Assembly (NCBI GenBank): GCA_963844815.1
Contig: CAWJPR010000009.1
Span: 604,899 to 668,898, forward strand
Source of the DNA: an uncultured Chloroflexia bacterium
GTDB taxonomy: Bacteria > Chloroflexota > Anaerolineae > Fen-1058
Direction: 5' to 3'
DNA: 64,000 nucleotides
This document shows positions 43,447 through 52,539 of this stretch, piece by piece. A program made the position numbers and the translations under genes. The first letter of the stretch is position 1. Every line of letters starts with the position of its first letter. Below the pieces are notes generated by a model that was not told where the DNA came from, searched no databases, and worked only from the letters and a program-made list of their open reading frames with translations.

Positions 43447-44037
43447 TCAAGCGATGATCTTCACTTCGCCCGTATCGAGGTTGTAGCGCGCGCCGACGAT
43501 CTGGATGTGCCCCGCTGCTCGCGCCTGTGCCAGCACCGGCTCGCTGGCGTGCAGCGCCAGGACCGCCTGCTGCACGTTCACATCGATGGCGTTAGATATG
43601 AGATCACCCTCTTGGGCGCGGGCGCTCTCAACCGCAGGCCGCAGCGCTTCAGCCAGCGACTGGATATGATTGCGCACTTCGACACCCTGGACCGCGGCCG
43701 TGACCGCACCACACTTGTCGTGGCCCAGGACCATAATCACCGGCACGTGCATATGTTCAACGGCATACTCGATCGTGCCGAGAATAATGTCGTCCAACAC
43801 ATTGCCCGCCACGCGAATGACGAACAGATCGCCCAGCCCTTGATCGAAAATGATCTCCGGCGGCACGCGCGAATCGGCGCACGACAGGATAATGGCAAAC
43901 GGCTGCTGCCCGCTGTCAGACACTTCGCGCCGCCGCCGCGCCGATTGATGGGGATGATCGGGCCGACCGGCGACGAACCGTTCATTGCCGCACTGGAGTT
44001 GAGTCAAAGCCTGATCGGGTGTGAGTTGTCCGGACAT
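43447..44037 (-). CDS. Beta-class carbonic anhydrase
   Basis: FAIILSCADSRVPPEIIFDQGLGDLFVIRVAGNV...VIMVLGHDKCGAV. Confidence 0.85.
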   Translation of the reverse strand: MSGQLTPDQALTQLQCGNERFVAGRPDHPHQSARRRREVSDSGQQPFAIILSCADSRVPPEIIFDQGLGDLFVIRVAGNVLDDIILGTIEYAVEHMHVPVIMVLGHDKCGAVTAAVQGVEVRNHIQSLAEALRPAVESARAQEGDLISNAIDVNVQQAVLALHASEPVLAQARAAGHIQIVGARYNLDTGEVKIIA

Positions 44038-44052
44038 GATGTGCCTCGCTGT

Positions 44053-44754
44053 TTACTTGATCCCCACGTGAATGGCCACCGTGCTCAGCATCAGCCGCTG
44101 GTATTTCACTTCGCGCAGACCCGCGCGTTCCATGATGGCCTTCAATTCATCGGGCGTGAGGAATTCGTTGACCGACTGCGGCAGGTAGGTGTACGCATCG
44201 CGCTGCCCGCTGATCAGCCCGCCGGCCAAGGGCACGATCCTGGCGAAGAAGAAGAGGAAAAACGGGCGCAGTAGATTCTTCGGTGGCTTGCTGATTTCGA
44301 GGCAGATCACGCGCCCGCCGGGTTTCAACACGCGGCGCTGCTCGCGGAAAGCCTGCTCCCGATCGATGAAGTTGCGCACGCCGAAGCCGCTGGTGACGGC
44401 ATCGAACGTGTTGTCGGGGAAGGGCAAGCGCAGCGCATCGGCGGTATTCCAGCGGATTGCTTGCGCGCCTGCTTTTGTTTTCCCCGTGGCCATCATCTCA
44501 AACGTGAAATCGCTGCCGATGGCCAGCACCGCGGGCTGCTGCCGCAGCGCCTCGATCAGAATATCGCCCGTGCCGGTCGCCACGTCGAGCAGGCGCGCGT
44601 GGGGGCCAGGCTGCGCCAGGCGAATGACCTCACGCCGCCAGGCCATGTCGCGCCCGCCGGTCATCAAGCGATTCATCAAATCGTAGCGCGCGCTGATGCG
44701 GGCAAACATGCCCTGCACGTACTGCGCGCGTTCGGGTCCTTGTAAATGGGTCAT
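44053..44754 (-). CDS. ubiE: Demethylmenaquinone/ubiquinone C-methyltransferase (UbiE/MenG)
   Basis: ATG at 44754. VQGMFARISARYDLMNRLMTGGRDMAWRREV...LLDVATGTGDI...FDAVTSGFGVRNF...LKPGGRVICLE. Confidence 0.85.
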   Translation of the reverse strand: MTHLQGPERAQYVQGMFARISARYDLMNRLMTGGRDMAWRREVIRLAQPGPHARLLDVATGTGDILIEALRQQPAVLAIGSDFTFEMMATGKTKAGAQAIRWNTADALRLPFPDNTFDAVTSGFGVRNFIDREQAFREQRRVLKPGGRVICLEISKPPKNLLRPFFLFFFARIVPLAGGLISGQRDAYTYLPQSVNEFLTPDELKAIMERAGLREVKYQRLMLSTVAIHVGIK

Positions 44755-44767
44755 GTATATCCTAATC

Positions 44768-44869
44768 GTAGGGGCGAGGCATTCGCACAGAATAGCTGGC
44801 TCATCGGTCTCGCGTGCACATCGAAGATCCTTATCAACCTGCATTCCTTGGCGAATGCCTCGCCCCTAC
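44768..44869. repeat. Perfect 19-bp inverted repeat GTAGGGGCGAGGCATTCGC ... GCGAATGCCTCGCCCCTAC separated by 64 nt
   Basis: Arms at 44768-44786 and 44851-44869, in the permease-ubiE spacer. Confidence 0.6.
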
Positions 44870-44870
44870 C

Positions 44871-45608
44871 TCATGTCGCAAATTTCCACGGGCAGAGCCG
44901 TTTCTCCAGCCAGTCGACGAAGAAGTACAACACCAGGCCCAGCACGCCCATCGCGATGGCGCCCGCATACGTCGCCGCGTAATCGAACACCGTGCCCGAC
45001 ATGAGGAAGATGTAATAGCCCAGCCCCAGATAGGTCGCGGTGACTTCCGTAAAGTACAACACCGCCACCGCCGTGCCCACGCTGAGGCGCACGGTCGTCA
45101 GCACGATGGGCAGCGAGGAGGGCAGATAGACGAACCGGAACAAAGCTCGCCGCCCGGCCCCCAGCGACTTCACGGAGTTCAACAGCTCAGGCCGCAGATT
45201 CAGCGCTTCGTCGCGCACCGGCACCAGGATCTGAAAGAACAGTATCAGCACGATCGTGAGAATCTTGGCCGCTTCGGTCGGCCCCAGAAACAACAGGATG
45301 ATCGGAAAGAACACGATCTTGGGGATGGGATAGGTGATGTAGACCAGCGGCGAAAAGATCCGATTGAGCGCCGGGATCTGCCCCATGCCCAGGCCCGCCG
45401 GCACGGCCAGGAATACCGCAATCACGATGCTGGCGATCACGCGGAAGCCGCTGGCGACGAAATGCTTGGCAATCTCGCCGAGGTTGGCCACGAACGCCTG
45501 CGCCACCGCGATCGGCGTCGGCAGGATGTCGCGCTGCAGCAGCATGGCGAGGGCCTGCCAGATCAGCAGCACCACCAGCGTCGTGATAATCAGATCGCGC
45601 TTAGGCAT
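44871..45608 (-). CDS. ABC transporter permease (NitT/TauT-type binding-protein-dependent family)
   Basis: ATG at 45608 overlaps the ATPase stop. VLLIWQALAMLLQRDILPTP...SLGAGRRALFRFVYLPSSLP (EAA-like loop). Confidence 0.8.
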   Translation of the reverse strand: MPKRDLIITTLVVLLIWQALAMLLQRDILPTPIAVAQAFVANLGEIAKHFVASGFRVIASIVIAVFLAVPAGLGMGQIPALNRIFSPLVYITYPIPKIVFFPIILLFLGPTEAAKILTIVLILFFQILVPVRDEALNLRPELLNSVKSLGAGRRALFRFVYLPSSLPIVLTTVRLSVGTAVAVLYFTEVTATYLGLGYYIFLMSGTVFDYAATYAGAIAMGVLGLVLYFFVDWLEKRLCPWKFAT

Positions 45609-46398
45609 GGGCGGCCGCAGCGATGAGGGCGTAGTGCGTGAGAGACTCGCGCACGCGCGCGCACATTTCAAAGAAGGCGGATTCGGAGCGATAGGCGAGC
45701 GCGCCGGCCTGCGGGTTCTCGATCACGACGGGCGCGGTGTGCGGCGGCTGGCCCAGCACCAGGATTTTCCGGCCCAGGAACACGGCGTCCTCGAGGTTGT
45801 GCGTGACGAAGACCAGCGTCAGGTTTTGCTCGCGCTGCAATTCAACCGTGAGGTTCTGCAAGTCCTCGCGCGTGGGCGCGTCGAGCGCGGCGAAGGGCTC
45901 ATCCATCAAGAGCACATCCGGCTCCAGCAGCAGCGTGCGCGCGATGGCCGCGCGCTGCCGCTGCCCCCCGGAGACTTGCGCCGGGAACCGATCGCGCATC
46001 GCTTCGATCCCCAGGCGCTTCAGCCACTTTTCGACCAGCGCCTCGATCGGTCCGACGACGTGCTCCACGGGCGCGTGACGGCCATCGGGCCCGTAGAAGT
46101 TGCGCACGCGCAGACCCAGCGCCACGTTCTGCTTGATCGTCGCCCACGGCAGCAGGCCGTACTCTTGCAGCACCAGCCCCGTGCGCGGGCGCGGCCGATC
46201 GATCACCTGGTCTTCCACGACGATTTCGCCGGAAGTGGGCACGCGCAGCCCGGCCAGCAGCATCAGCAGCGTCGTCTTGCCGTTGCCCGATCCGCCGATG
46301 ACGGCCCACGCCTCGCCCCGCCCGATCGACCAGTTGAAGCGATCGAAGACGGGCTGGGCGCTGGCGTAGGCGAAGGTAACTTCGCGGAACTCGATCAT
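45601..46398 (-). CDS. ABC transporter ATP-binding protein
   Basis: ATG at 46398 (MIEFREVTF). GGSGNGKTTLL (Walker A), VSGGQRQRAAIARTL (signature), LLMDEPFAALD (Walker B). Confidence 0.85.
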   Translation of the reverse strand: MIEFREVTFAYASAQPVFDRFNWSIGRGEAWAVIGGSGNGKTTLLMLLAGLRVPTSGEIVVEDQVIDRPRPRTGLVLQEYGLLPWATIKQNVALGLRVRNFYGPDGRHAPVEHVVGPIEALVEKWLKRLGIEAMRDRFPAQVSGGQRQRAAIARTLLLEPDVLLMDEPFAALDAPTREDLQNLTVELQREQNLTLVFVTHNLEDAVFLGRKILVLGQPPHTAPVVIENPQAGALAYRSESAFFEMCARVRESLTHYALIAAAAHA

Positions 46399-46401
46399 GT
46401 T

Positions 46402-46456
46402 GAGTGAAGAGTGAAGAGTGAAGAGTGAAAAGTGATATGTCACTCTTCACTCTTCA
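46402..46456. repeat. Intergenic palindrome: four tandem GAGTGAA heptamers facing TCACTCTTCACTCTTCA
   Basis: gagtgaagagtgaagagtgaagagtgaaaagtgatatgtcactcttcactcttca. Confidence 0.6.
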
Positions 46457-46460
46457 TGTG

Positions 46461-47417
46461 TCATTTCGGCAAGTAACTTGAATCGACCAGCTGGCTGTAC
46501 GGCACTTCCGCCTTGATCAGCCCCCTGGCGATCATCCACGCCAGCACGTCTTTCACCTGCGCCTCGCTGGGCACCGAGGCCGTGGGGAACTTGGGCAGCG
46601 CATATTTGCCCAGCAGCGGGGCCGGGATCAATTTCTTGTCGCTCAGCAGCGTGCCCCACCGGCCGGGATCGGCATTGACATCGGCGGTCCCTTTTTCAAG
46701 CGCGGCCAGGAACTTCTTCACCGTTTCCGGCTTGCTCTTCAGCGTATTGACGTTGAACGAAATCTCGCTGGTGCCGACCGACGGCAGGCTGCGATCGTCG
46801 ACCACGCGGACCGCGCCGCTTTGCTCGGCCAGTGACGCAAAGGGTTCAGGCAGGTTGGCCGCTTTCAGCTGGCCCTCGGCCAGCAGCTGCAGCCGATCAG
46901 GAATCTTGGGGACATTGGTCGTCTTGATGTCGGCAGCCTGCAACCCGGCATTTTCCAGCAAGCGCTGGGTCGTATAATCGATCACCGTGCCCTGCGAGAT
47001 GCCAATCTCGACGCCCTTCAGATCTGCGGGTTGAGTGATGCCACTGTCCTTCGCCGCCAGGATGGAATATTCCGCATCCGTGGGCGAAGCATTACGCGCC
47101 AGGCGCACCACAGCGATCTTCTGCCCGTCCTTGTTGTAGAACACCGTCGAAATCAAATCGTTGATCATGCCGTCGGCCTGCCCGGCCTGCATAATCTGAT
47201 CGCGCTCGGCGGCTGAAGCGACCGGCACGAATTCAACCTTAATCCCGGCGTCCTTGAAGTAGCCCTGCGCGTCGGCCGCATACATCGGCAGCGCGTCGAG
47301 AATGGGCAGCACGGCTATCTTCAGCGTGGGGTCTTCCTGCGCCGCCGGCGCTGCGCCCCCGCAGGCGCTCAACAGCACGGTGAACAGGACGAGAACGATA
47401 ACGGGTTTGCGAAACAT
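46461..47417 (-). CDS. ABC substrate-binding lipoprotein (NMT1/THI5-like), internal start within the 624-aa ORF
   Basis: AAGGAG is 5 nt upstream of the ATG at 47417. MFRKPVIVLVLFTVLLSACGG lipobox. TLKIAVLPILDALPMYAADAQGYFKDAGIKVEFVPVASAAERDQ. Confidence 0.75.
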   Translation of the reverse strand: MFRKPVIVLVLFTVLLSACGGAAPAAQEDPTLKIAVLPILDALPMYAADAQGYFKDAGIKVEFVPVASAAERDQIMQAGQADGMINDLISTVFYNKDGQKIAVVRLARNASPTDAEYSILAAKDSGITQPADLKGVEIGISQGTVIDYTTQRLLENAGLQAADIKTTNVPKIPDRLQLLAEGQLKAANLPEPFASLAEQSGAVRVVDDRSLPSVGTSEISFNVNTLKSKPETVKKFLAALEKGTADVNADPGRWGTLLSDKKLIPAPLLGKYALPKFPTASVPSEAQVKDVLAWMIARGLIKAEVPYSQLVDSSYLPK

Positions 47418-48311
47418 ATGACTCCTTTGGCTTGCCGCGAATCCTAGCGCGGAATGGTTAAGGCCAACTAGCGTGGCCACAAAGATCGTAATGCTGATAT
47501 AGCCATTGACATTGAAAAAAGCGATGTTGACTTTGGAGAGATCGGTGGGCCTGACCAGAGAATGCTCGTAGATCAGCAGCGCGGCGACAATGCCGACGCC
47601 GATCAGATACACGAAGCCGAGATTCATCACCAACCCGATCGCCCCCAGCAGCCCGACGGTCAGCGCGTGGCACATCTGCGCCACACGCAGGGCCGTCGCG
47701 TTGCCCCATTTGGCCGGAATGCTATGGAGGTTTTCTTTGCGATCGAACTCCGTGTCCTGGCAGGCATAGATCACGTCGAAGCCGCCGATCCAAAAAGTGA
47801 CGGTGAACAACAACAGCCAGGCCGGCAGATCGCCGGGCGCGAACAGCGAGCCGCGCACCGCCGCCCACGCGCCCATCGGGGCGAGGCCGTCGGTGAAGCC
47901 CAGGATGAAATGGGACAGCCACGTGAAGCGTTTGGCATAGGCGTAGCCCAGCAAAAACACGATCGCGCCCGGCAGCAGCCGCAGCGTCAGCGGCCCCAAC
48001 TGCCAGGCCGCGAAGGTCAGCACGATCAACGACACGATCGATCCGGCGATGACCGTGCGCACGCTGATCTTGCCGGTTTGAAGCGGCCGATTGGCCGTGC
48101 GCGGGTTGAGCGCGTCGATGTGCCGATCGGCTAAGCGGTTGAAACTCATCGCCAGCGTGCGCGCCGCGGCCATCGCCACCGTGATCCAGAAGAACTGCTG
48201 GAACGTCGGCAGCCCGCCCGCCGCCAGCACCATGCCCAGATAGGCAAAAGGCAGCGCGAAGATGGTGTGCTCGAATTTGATAAGATCGAGAAAAGCGCGA
48301 ACTTGCTTCAT
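47418..48311 (-). CDS. UbiA-family aromatic prenyltransferase (MqnP/UbiA-like); no stop codon before the downstream binding-protein start
   Basis: ATG at 48311 (MKQVRAFLDLIKFEHTIFALPFAY). NRLADRHIDALNPRTANRPL (Asp-rich motif). The frame runs ...VATLVGLNHSALGFAASQRSH straight into MFRKPV of the binding protein. Confidence 0.8.
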
Positions 48312-48315
48312 ACTT

Positions 48316-48378
48316 CGCAATGACGTAATGCGCAATGGCGTAAATCATGTTACGCAATACGCACTACGAATTACTCAT
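48316..48378. repeat. Intergenic palindrome of GCGTAA/TTACGC words (ubiX-ubiA spacer)
   Basis: cgcaatgacgtaatgcgcaatggcgtaaatcatgttacgcaatacgcactacgaattactcat. Confidence 0.5.
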
Positions 48379-48975
48379 TCCCTTCCACTTCGTATACCAT
48401 TCATTGTCAATCCCCAGCCGCAGCAAAATGCGCCCGATTGTACCATCGATAATCTCGTCCAGGGAGGACGGGTTGCCATAGAACGCCGGAACCGGCGGCA
48501 TGATGATCGCGCCGCTCTCCGCCGCCTGCGTCATGAGGCGCAGATGGCCCACGTGCAGCGGCGTCTCGCGCACGCACAGAATCAACGGGCGGCCTTCCTT
48601 CAAACACACGTCCGCCGCCCGCGACAGGAGATCGGCGGAGTAGCAGGCCGCCACCGCCGCGAGCGTCTTGATCGAACACGGCACGACCACCATCCCCATC
48701 GTCACGAACGAACCCGACGCGATGCTCGCGCCGATGTCGTTGGGGTTGTGCACCACCGACGCCAGGGCCTCGACTTCGCTGACCTTCCAGTTCGTCTCCT
48801 GCGCGATCGTCGCCCTGGCGGCCGCGCTCAGCACCAGATGTGTCTCGATCTCGCCGCCCTGCTGCAAGACCTGCAGCAAACGGATGCCGTATATCACGCC
48901 CGATGCGCCGCTGATGCCGACGATAAGACGGCGAAGGATGAGGGATGAGGGATGAGGGATGAAGAAGTCAGTCAT
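48364..48975 (-). CDS. ubiX: Flavin prenyltransferase UbiX (prenyl-FMN synthase)
   Basis: RRLIVGISGASGVIYGIRLLQVL...VVPCSIKTLAAVA...RETPLHVGHLRLM. The N-terminal 14 codons (MTDFFIPHPSSLIL) are encoded by the GATGAGGG repeat. Confidence 0.85.
   Translation of the reverse strand: MTDFFIPHPSSLILRRLIVGISGASGVIYGIRLLQVLQQGGEIETHLVLSAAARATIAQETNWKVSEVEALASVVHNPNDIGASIASGSFVTMGMVVVPCSIKTLAAVAACYSADLLSRAADVCLKEGRPLILCVRETPLHVGHLRLMTQAAESGAIIMPPVPAFYGNPSSLDEIIDGTIGRILLRLGIDNEWYTKWKGMSNS
48936..48964. repeat. Left arm of inverted repeat flanking the four-helix-bundle gene: GGATGAGGGATGAGGGATGAGGGATGAAG
   Basis: Three tandem GATGAGGG octamers, complementary to 49338-49370. Confidence 0.55.
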
Positions 48976-49342
48976 TTTCGGTTCTTGACGTTCTTCGCCA
49001 TAGTGACAAACATGGCAATGAGCTCTTCACACTCGTCCAATCAATGGCTTCAGCCGTTCTGCGCTGTTGACGATACCGGATTCTGAGAGCAATTCCAGCC
49101 AATAGACCGTCTCGTCCAATTCCTGCAATGCGCCCTTCCATTTTGCTGATGAAGTCAGCATCGGACTTGGCACGCCGTGCTTCACGGTAATGTGCGCCTA
49201 CGGAAGTGCCGGAGCGCAACAGCTGCTTTCCAATCACCTGCGCTTCCGTCGTTTTCGGCAAAGCCGCATACAACCGAATGATCCGCAAGGCGAAATCCTT
49301 AGTGCGCTTTCCCAAGTCTTGGCGTTGTGCATTCTTGCTCAT
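48968..49342 (-). pseudogene. Four-helix-bundle protein (23S rRNA intervening-sequence protein family), two frame changes
   Basis: The N-terminus KDFALRIIRLYAALPKTTEAQVIGKQLLRSGTSVGAHYREARRAKSDADFISKME is typical of the family. The expected continuation ALQELDETVYWLELLSESGIVNSAERLKPLIGR, and then ECEELIAMFVTMAKNVKNRK, are found in the two other frames. Confidence 0.7.
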
Positions 49343-49370
49343 CCCTCAATCCCTCCGCCCTCATCCCTTA
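49338..49370. repeat. Right arm of inverted repeat flanking the four-helix-bundle gene: CTCATCCCTCAATCCCTCCGCCCTCATCCCTTA
   Basis: Its reverse complement TAAGGGATGAGGGCGGAGGGATTGAGGGATGAG matches the left arm at most positions. Confidence 0.55.
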
Positions 49371-50835
49371 CAGGCCGTATTCTTTCCACCGCCGGTCGAC
49401 CAACTCTTTCACCGCCGCGTCCATCTCCAACTCCCCGGGCCAGCCGCGCGGATGCCCGTCTTGAGGTCCCTTGGCCGTGGCGTCGATGCCGATCTTGCCG
49501 CCCAACGAATCGCGCACGGCCGAATGATCCAGTTGGTCCACCGCGCCTTCTACAATCGTCACGTCGCGCTTCCAATCGACGTTGCCCAGCACGCGCCACA
49601 TGACATCGCGCAGGTCATGCACGTTCACGTCGGCATCGACCACGACGATGGCCTTGGTCAGCATCATCAACCCCAGCCCCCAGATGCCGAACATCGTCTT
49701 TTGCGGATGACCGGGGAAGCGCTTCTTGATCGACACGATGACCAGGTTGTGAAACACGCCCTCGGCGGGCATATGGTAATCGACCACCTCGCCCAGGAAG
49801 AGCTGGAGCAGCGGCAGGAACAGGCGCTCGGTCGCCTTGCCCATCCAGTAATCTTCCATCGGCGGCTTGCCGACCACTGTCGCCGGATAGATGGCCTCCT
49901 TGCGGTGGGTGATGGCGGTGACGTGAAAGACCGGGAACTGATCGGCGGGCGTGTAGAATCCGGTGTGATCGCCGAACGGGCCTTCGACGTCGTGCTCGTT
50001 CGGATCGACGTAGCCTTCGATCACGATCTCGGCATTCGCCGGCGCTTCGACGGGCTGCGTCACGCACTTCACGAACTCCACCGGCTGGCCGCGCAGATAA
50101 CCCGCCAGCAGGTACTCGTCGATGTTGGGCGGCAGCGGCGCGGAGGCGCACCACATCGCCGCCGGATCACCGCCCAGGACGATGGCGCACGGGATGAGCG
50201 GCTTTACGCTGTTCTTGCGCCACGCGCTCGTGTTCTGCGCCGCCCTTGTGGCGCTGCCAGTGCATCATCAAGGTGCGATCGTCTTTCACTTGCAGGCGAT
50301 ACATGCCCACGTTGCGGATGTTGCTCAGCGGATCGCGCGTGATGACCTGCATCAACGTGATGTATTTGCCGCCGTCGAGCGGCCAGCATTTGAGGATGGG
50401 CAATTGCGAGAGAGCGATCTGATCGCCGGTGAGGACAACCTCCTGCACGGGCGCGCTGCCCACGATCTTCGGTCCCAGCCCGATCGATTTCAGCACCCCG
50501 AACAGATCGCGCCCGCGATTGAGCGCGGCTTTCAAGCCCTGCGGCAGTTTCAGATCGATCGTCCGGGCGAGGTTGTGGTTGAGTTCTTCCAGATCGTCCA
50601 CGCCCAGCGCCCAGGCCATGCGTGAAGCGCTGCCGAAGGCGTTGATCAACACCGGCAGGGCTGAACCCTTGACGTTCTCAAACAGCAGCGCCTTATTTTG
50701 ATCCGCCGGGCCTTTGCTGATCCGATCGGTGATTTCGGTGATCTCCAGTTCGGGATCGACCTGGGTCGTGATGCGGATTAACTCGCCGCGTTGTTCCAGC
50801 AGTTGGATGAACTCGCGCAAATCGCGGAAGGCCAT
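49368..50835 (-). CDS. ubiD: UbiD-family (prenyl-FMN-dependent) decarboxylase, one frameshift
   Basis: The N-terminal part starts at the ATG at 50835: MAFRDLREFIQLLEQRGELIRITTQVDPELEITEI...MMHWQRHKGGAEH. The C-terminal part KPLIPCAIVLGGDPAAMWCASAPLP...GPFGDHTGFY... is in another frame. The shift is at about 50195-50210. Confidence 0.85.
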
Positions 50836-50917
50836 GTTTTTCTCCCAGATACAACAAACGCGCCCCCTCGTAACGGGGCGCGTTCGCTTCGTGAAGGCTA
50901 TAACAAAATGTACCACA

Positions 50918-51769
50918 TCATTCACCGTGCTGCAACACGTACCAGTTATGCGCCGCCCGCGCCGGCCCCCACACTTCCCCCGCGCGCACAAAATCGACGG
51001 CCTCGTAGCCGCGCGCCAGGTACGCCTCAAACAGGTCACGCGTCTTTGTACGCCAGTCCTGCGCCAGCGCCATGTTGATTTTCTTGATCGCCTGCAAGTC
51101 GTTGGGAATTTCCACGCGGATGATCGGCGCGTCGAGATCAAGGTCGAGCGCCGTGATGCGCCGGTCGCCGGTAACGCCGCTGCAGGCATTCGCAATCGGG
51201 CTGTCCACTCCGATCGGTTCCGCCGCCCGATCGTGCCGCTGCTGCACGCGATCGGATTTGATCCACCATTCGACCAGGAAGCGATCCGTCGGCAGGCCCT
51301 TGCCCAGGGCGCCGAAGTTTTCGCCGTAGATGTTCTGCCGGTACACGCGCGCCACGCCGCCGAGGGTGCGCAGATTCAGGCGGGCGTTGGGCGCTTCCAG
51401 CGGATCGTAAGTCCACGTGATGAGGTCAATGTCATTCGCCAGCACGCGCTCGCGCTGCGCCCATTTGAGCGTGGCCGCCACGCCTTTGTTGCGATACTCC
51501 GGCAGGATGCCCATGGTTTGCGAGCACAGCTTGAGGCGCCGATCGGTATGCAGGCCGAGGAAGCCGAAGAGAAAGCCAATCAGCCTGGCCCCGTCAAAGG
51601 CGCCGATGATGGTGCCGCCATTTTCAGCCGCCGTCTTGAGCATGGGCGGATACAGGCCCTCGCCCTGCGTGAAGCCCCAGATCTGCTGCTGCACTTCGCG
51701 CACCTGCAGGAATTCATCGTATTGGGTGAGATCGCGCACGGCAAAGACCATGTTACACCTCGCGGGCAT
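50918..51769 (-). CDS. GNAT-fold acetyltransferase-like protein of uncharacterised family
   Basis: 283-aa ORF (a Met at 51751 is an alternative). GILPEYRNKGVAATLKWAQRERVLANDIDLITWTYDPLE resembles the acetyl-CoA-binding segment of GNAT proteins. The assignment is tentative. Confidence 0.5.
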   Translation of the reverse strand: MPARCNMVFAVRDLTQYDEFLQVREVQQQIWGFTQGEGLYPPMLKTAAENGGTIIGAFDGARLIGFLFGFLGLHTDRRLKLCSQTMGILPEYRNKGVAATLKWAQRERVLANDIDLITWTYDPLEAPNARLNLRTLGGVARVYRQNIYGENFGALGKGLPTDRFLVEWWIKSDRVQQRHDRAAEPIGVDSPIANACSGVTGDRRITALDLDLDAPIIRVEIPNDLQAIKKINMALAQDWRTKTRDLFEAYLARGYEAVDFVRAGEVWGPARAAHNWYVLQHGE

Positions 51770-51863
51770 GACAGCGTAAGCCGGGTCTATTATATTACGG
51801 CTGGCGGATCAGGCCGCCGGCCCACTTGCCAGCCGCGCCAAACTTCATTACAATCAATCTGCC

Positions 51864-52505
51864 ATGACTCGATCACTCAAGTCCCGGACCTCGCGCCTGG
51901 CGCCGCGGCTCGTTATCGAAAACGGGCTGAACAAAGGCGACGAGTACATCGTGCACAAGCCCGTGACGCTGATCGGCCGCAACGAATCGTGCGATCTGAT
52001 CGTCAGCGATCCGCTGGTGTCGCGCCGCCACTGCCACATCTTGTGGGACGGCGTGTACTGCACGGTCGAGGACCTGGGCAGCACCAATGGCACGTACGTC
52101 AACGGCCAGCCGCTGACGGCGGCCTATGTCCTGCGGCCCGGCGATCGCCTGCAAATCGCCGACGTGATCTTCAGCTTCGCCGATCCGCAGGCGACGTTGA
52201 TCGGGCAGAAGTGGCCCAACCTCAAGATCGAGCGGGCGGCCCGGCAGGTCACCGTCAACGGCGAAGCAATCGAACTTTCCGCCAAGGAATACGCGCTGCT
52301 ATCCTACCTGGATGAGCATTCCGGCCGGATCTGCAGCAAAGAAGAACTGTCGAAAGCGGTCTGGCCGGAATACAAAGGCGATGTGTTTGACTACCAGGTG
52401 GAGAGTTTGATCAAGCGCCTGCGCCAGAAGTTGGAGCCGGAGGCCGAAGAACCGCATCTGGTCGTGACGATCCGCGGGCGCGGCTACCGGCTGATCAAAC
52501 CTTAA
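51864..52505 (+). CDS. FHA domain fused to OmpR/PhoB-type winged-helix DNA-binding domain
   Basis: FHA: VTLIGRNESCDLIVSDPLVSRRHCHILWDGVYCTVEDLGSTNGTYVNGQPL. wHTH: LSAKEYALLSYLDEHSGRICSKEELSKAVW...VESLIKRLRQKL...IRGRGYRL. Confidence 0.75.
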   Translation: MTRSLKSRTSRLAPRLVIENGLNKGDEYIVHKPVTLIGRNESCDLIVSDPLVSRRHCHILWDGVYCTVEDLGSTNGTYVNGQPLTAAYVLRPGDRLQIADVIFSFADPQATLIGQKWPNLKIERAARQVTVNGEAIELSAKEYALLSYLDEHSGRICSKEELSKAVWPEYKGDVFDYQVESLIKRLRQKLEPEAEEPHLVVTIRGRGYRLIKP

Positions 52506-52539
52506 TAAAGCTGCGCTTCTTCGACGCGTTTCACTCCGC

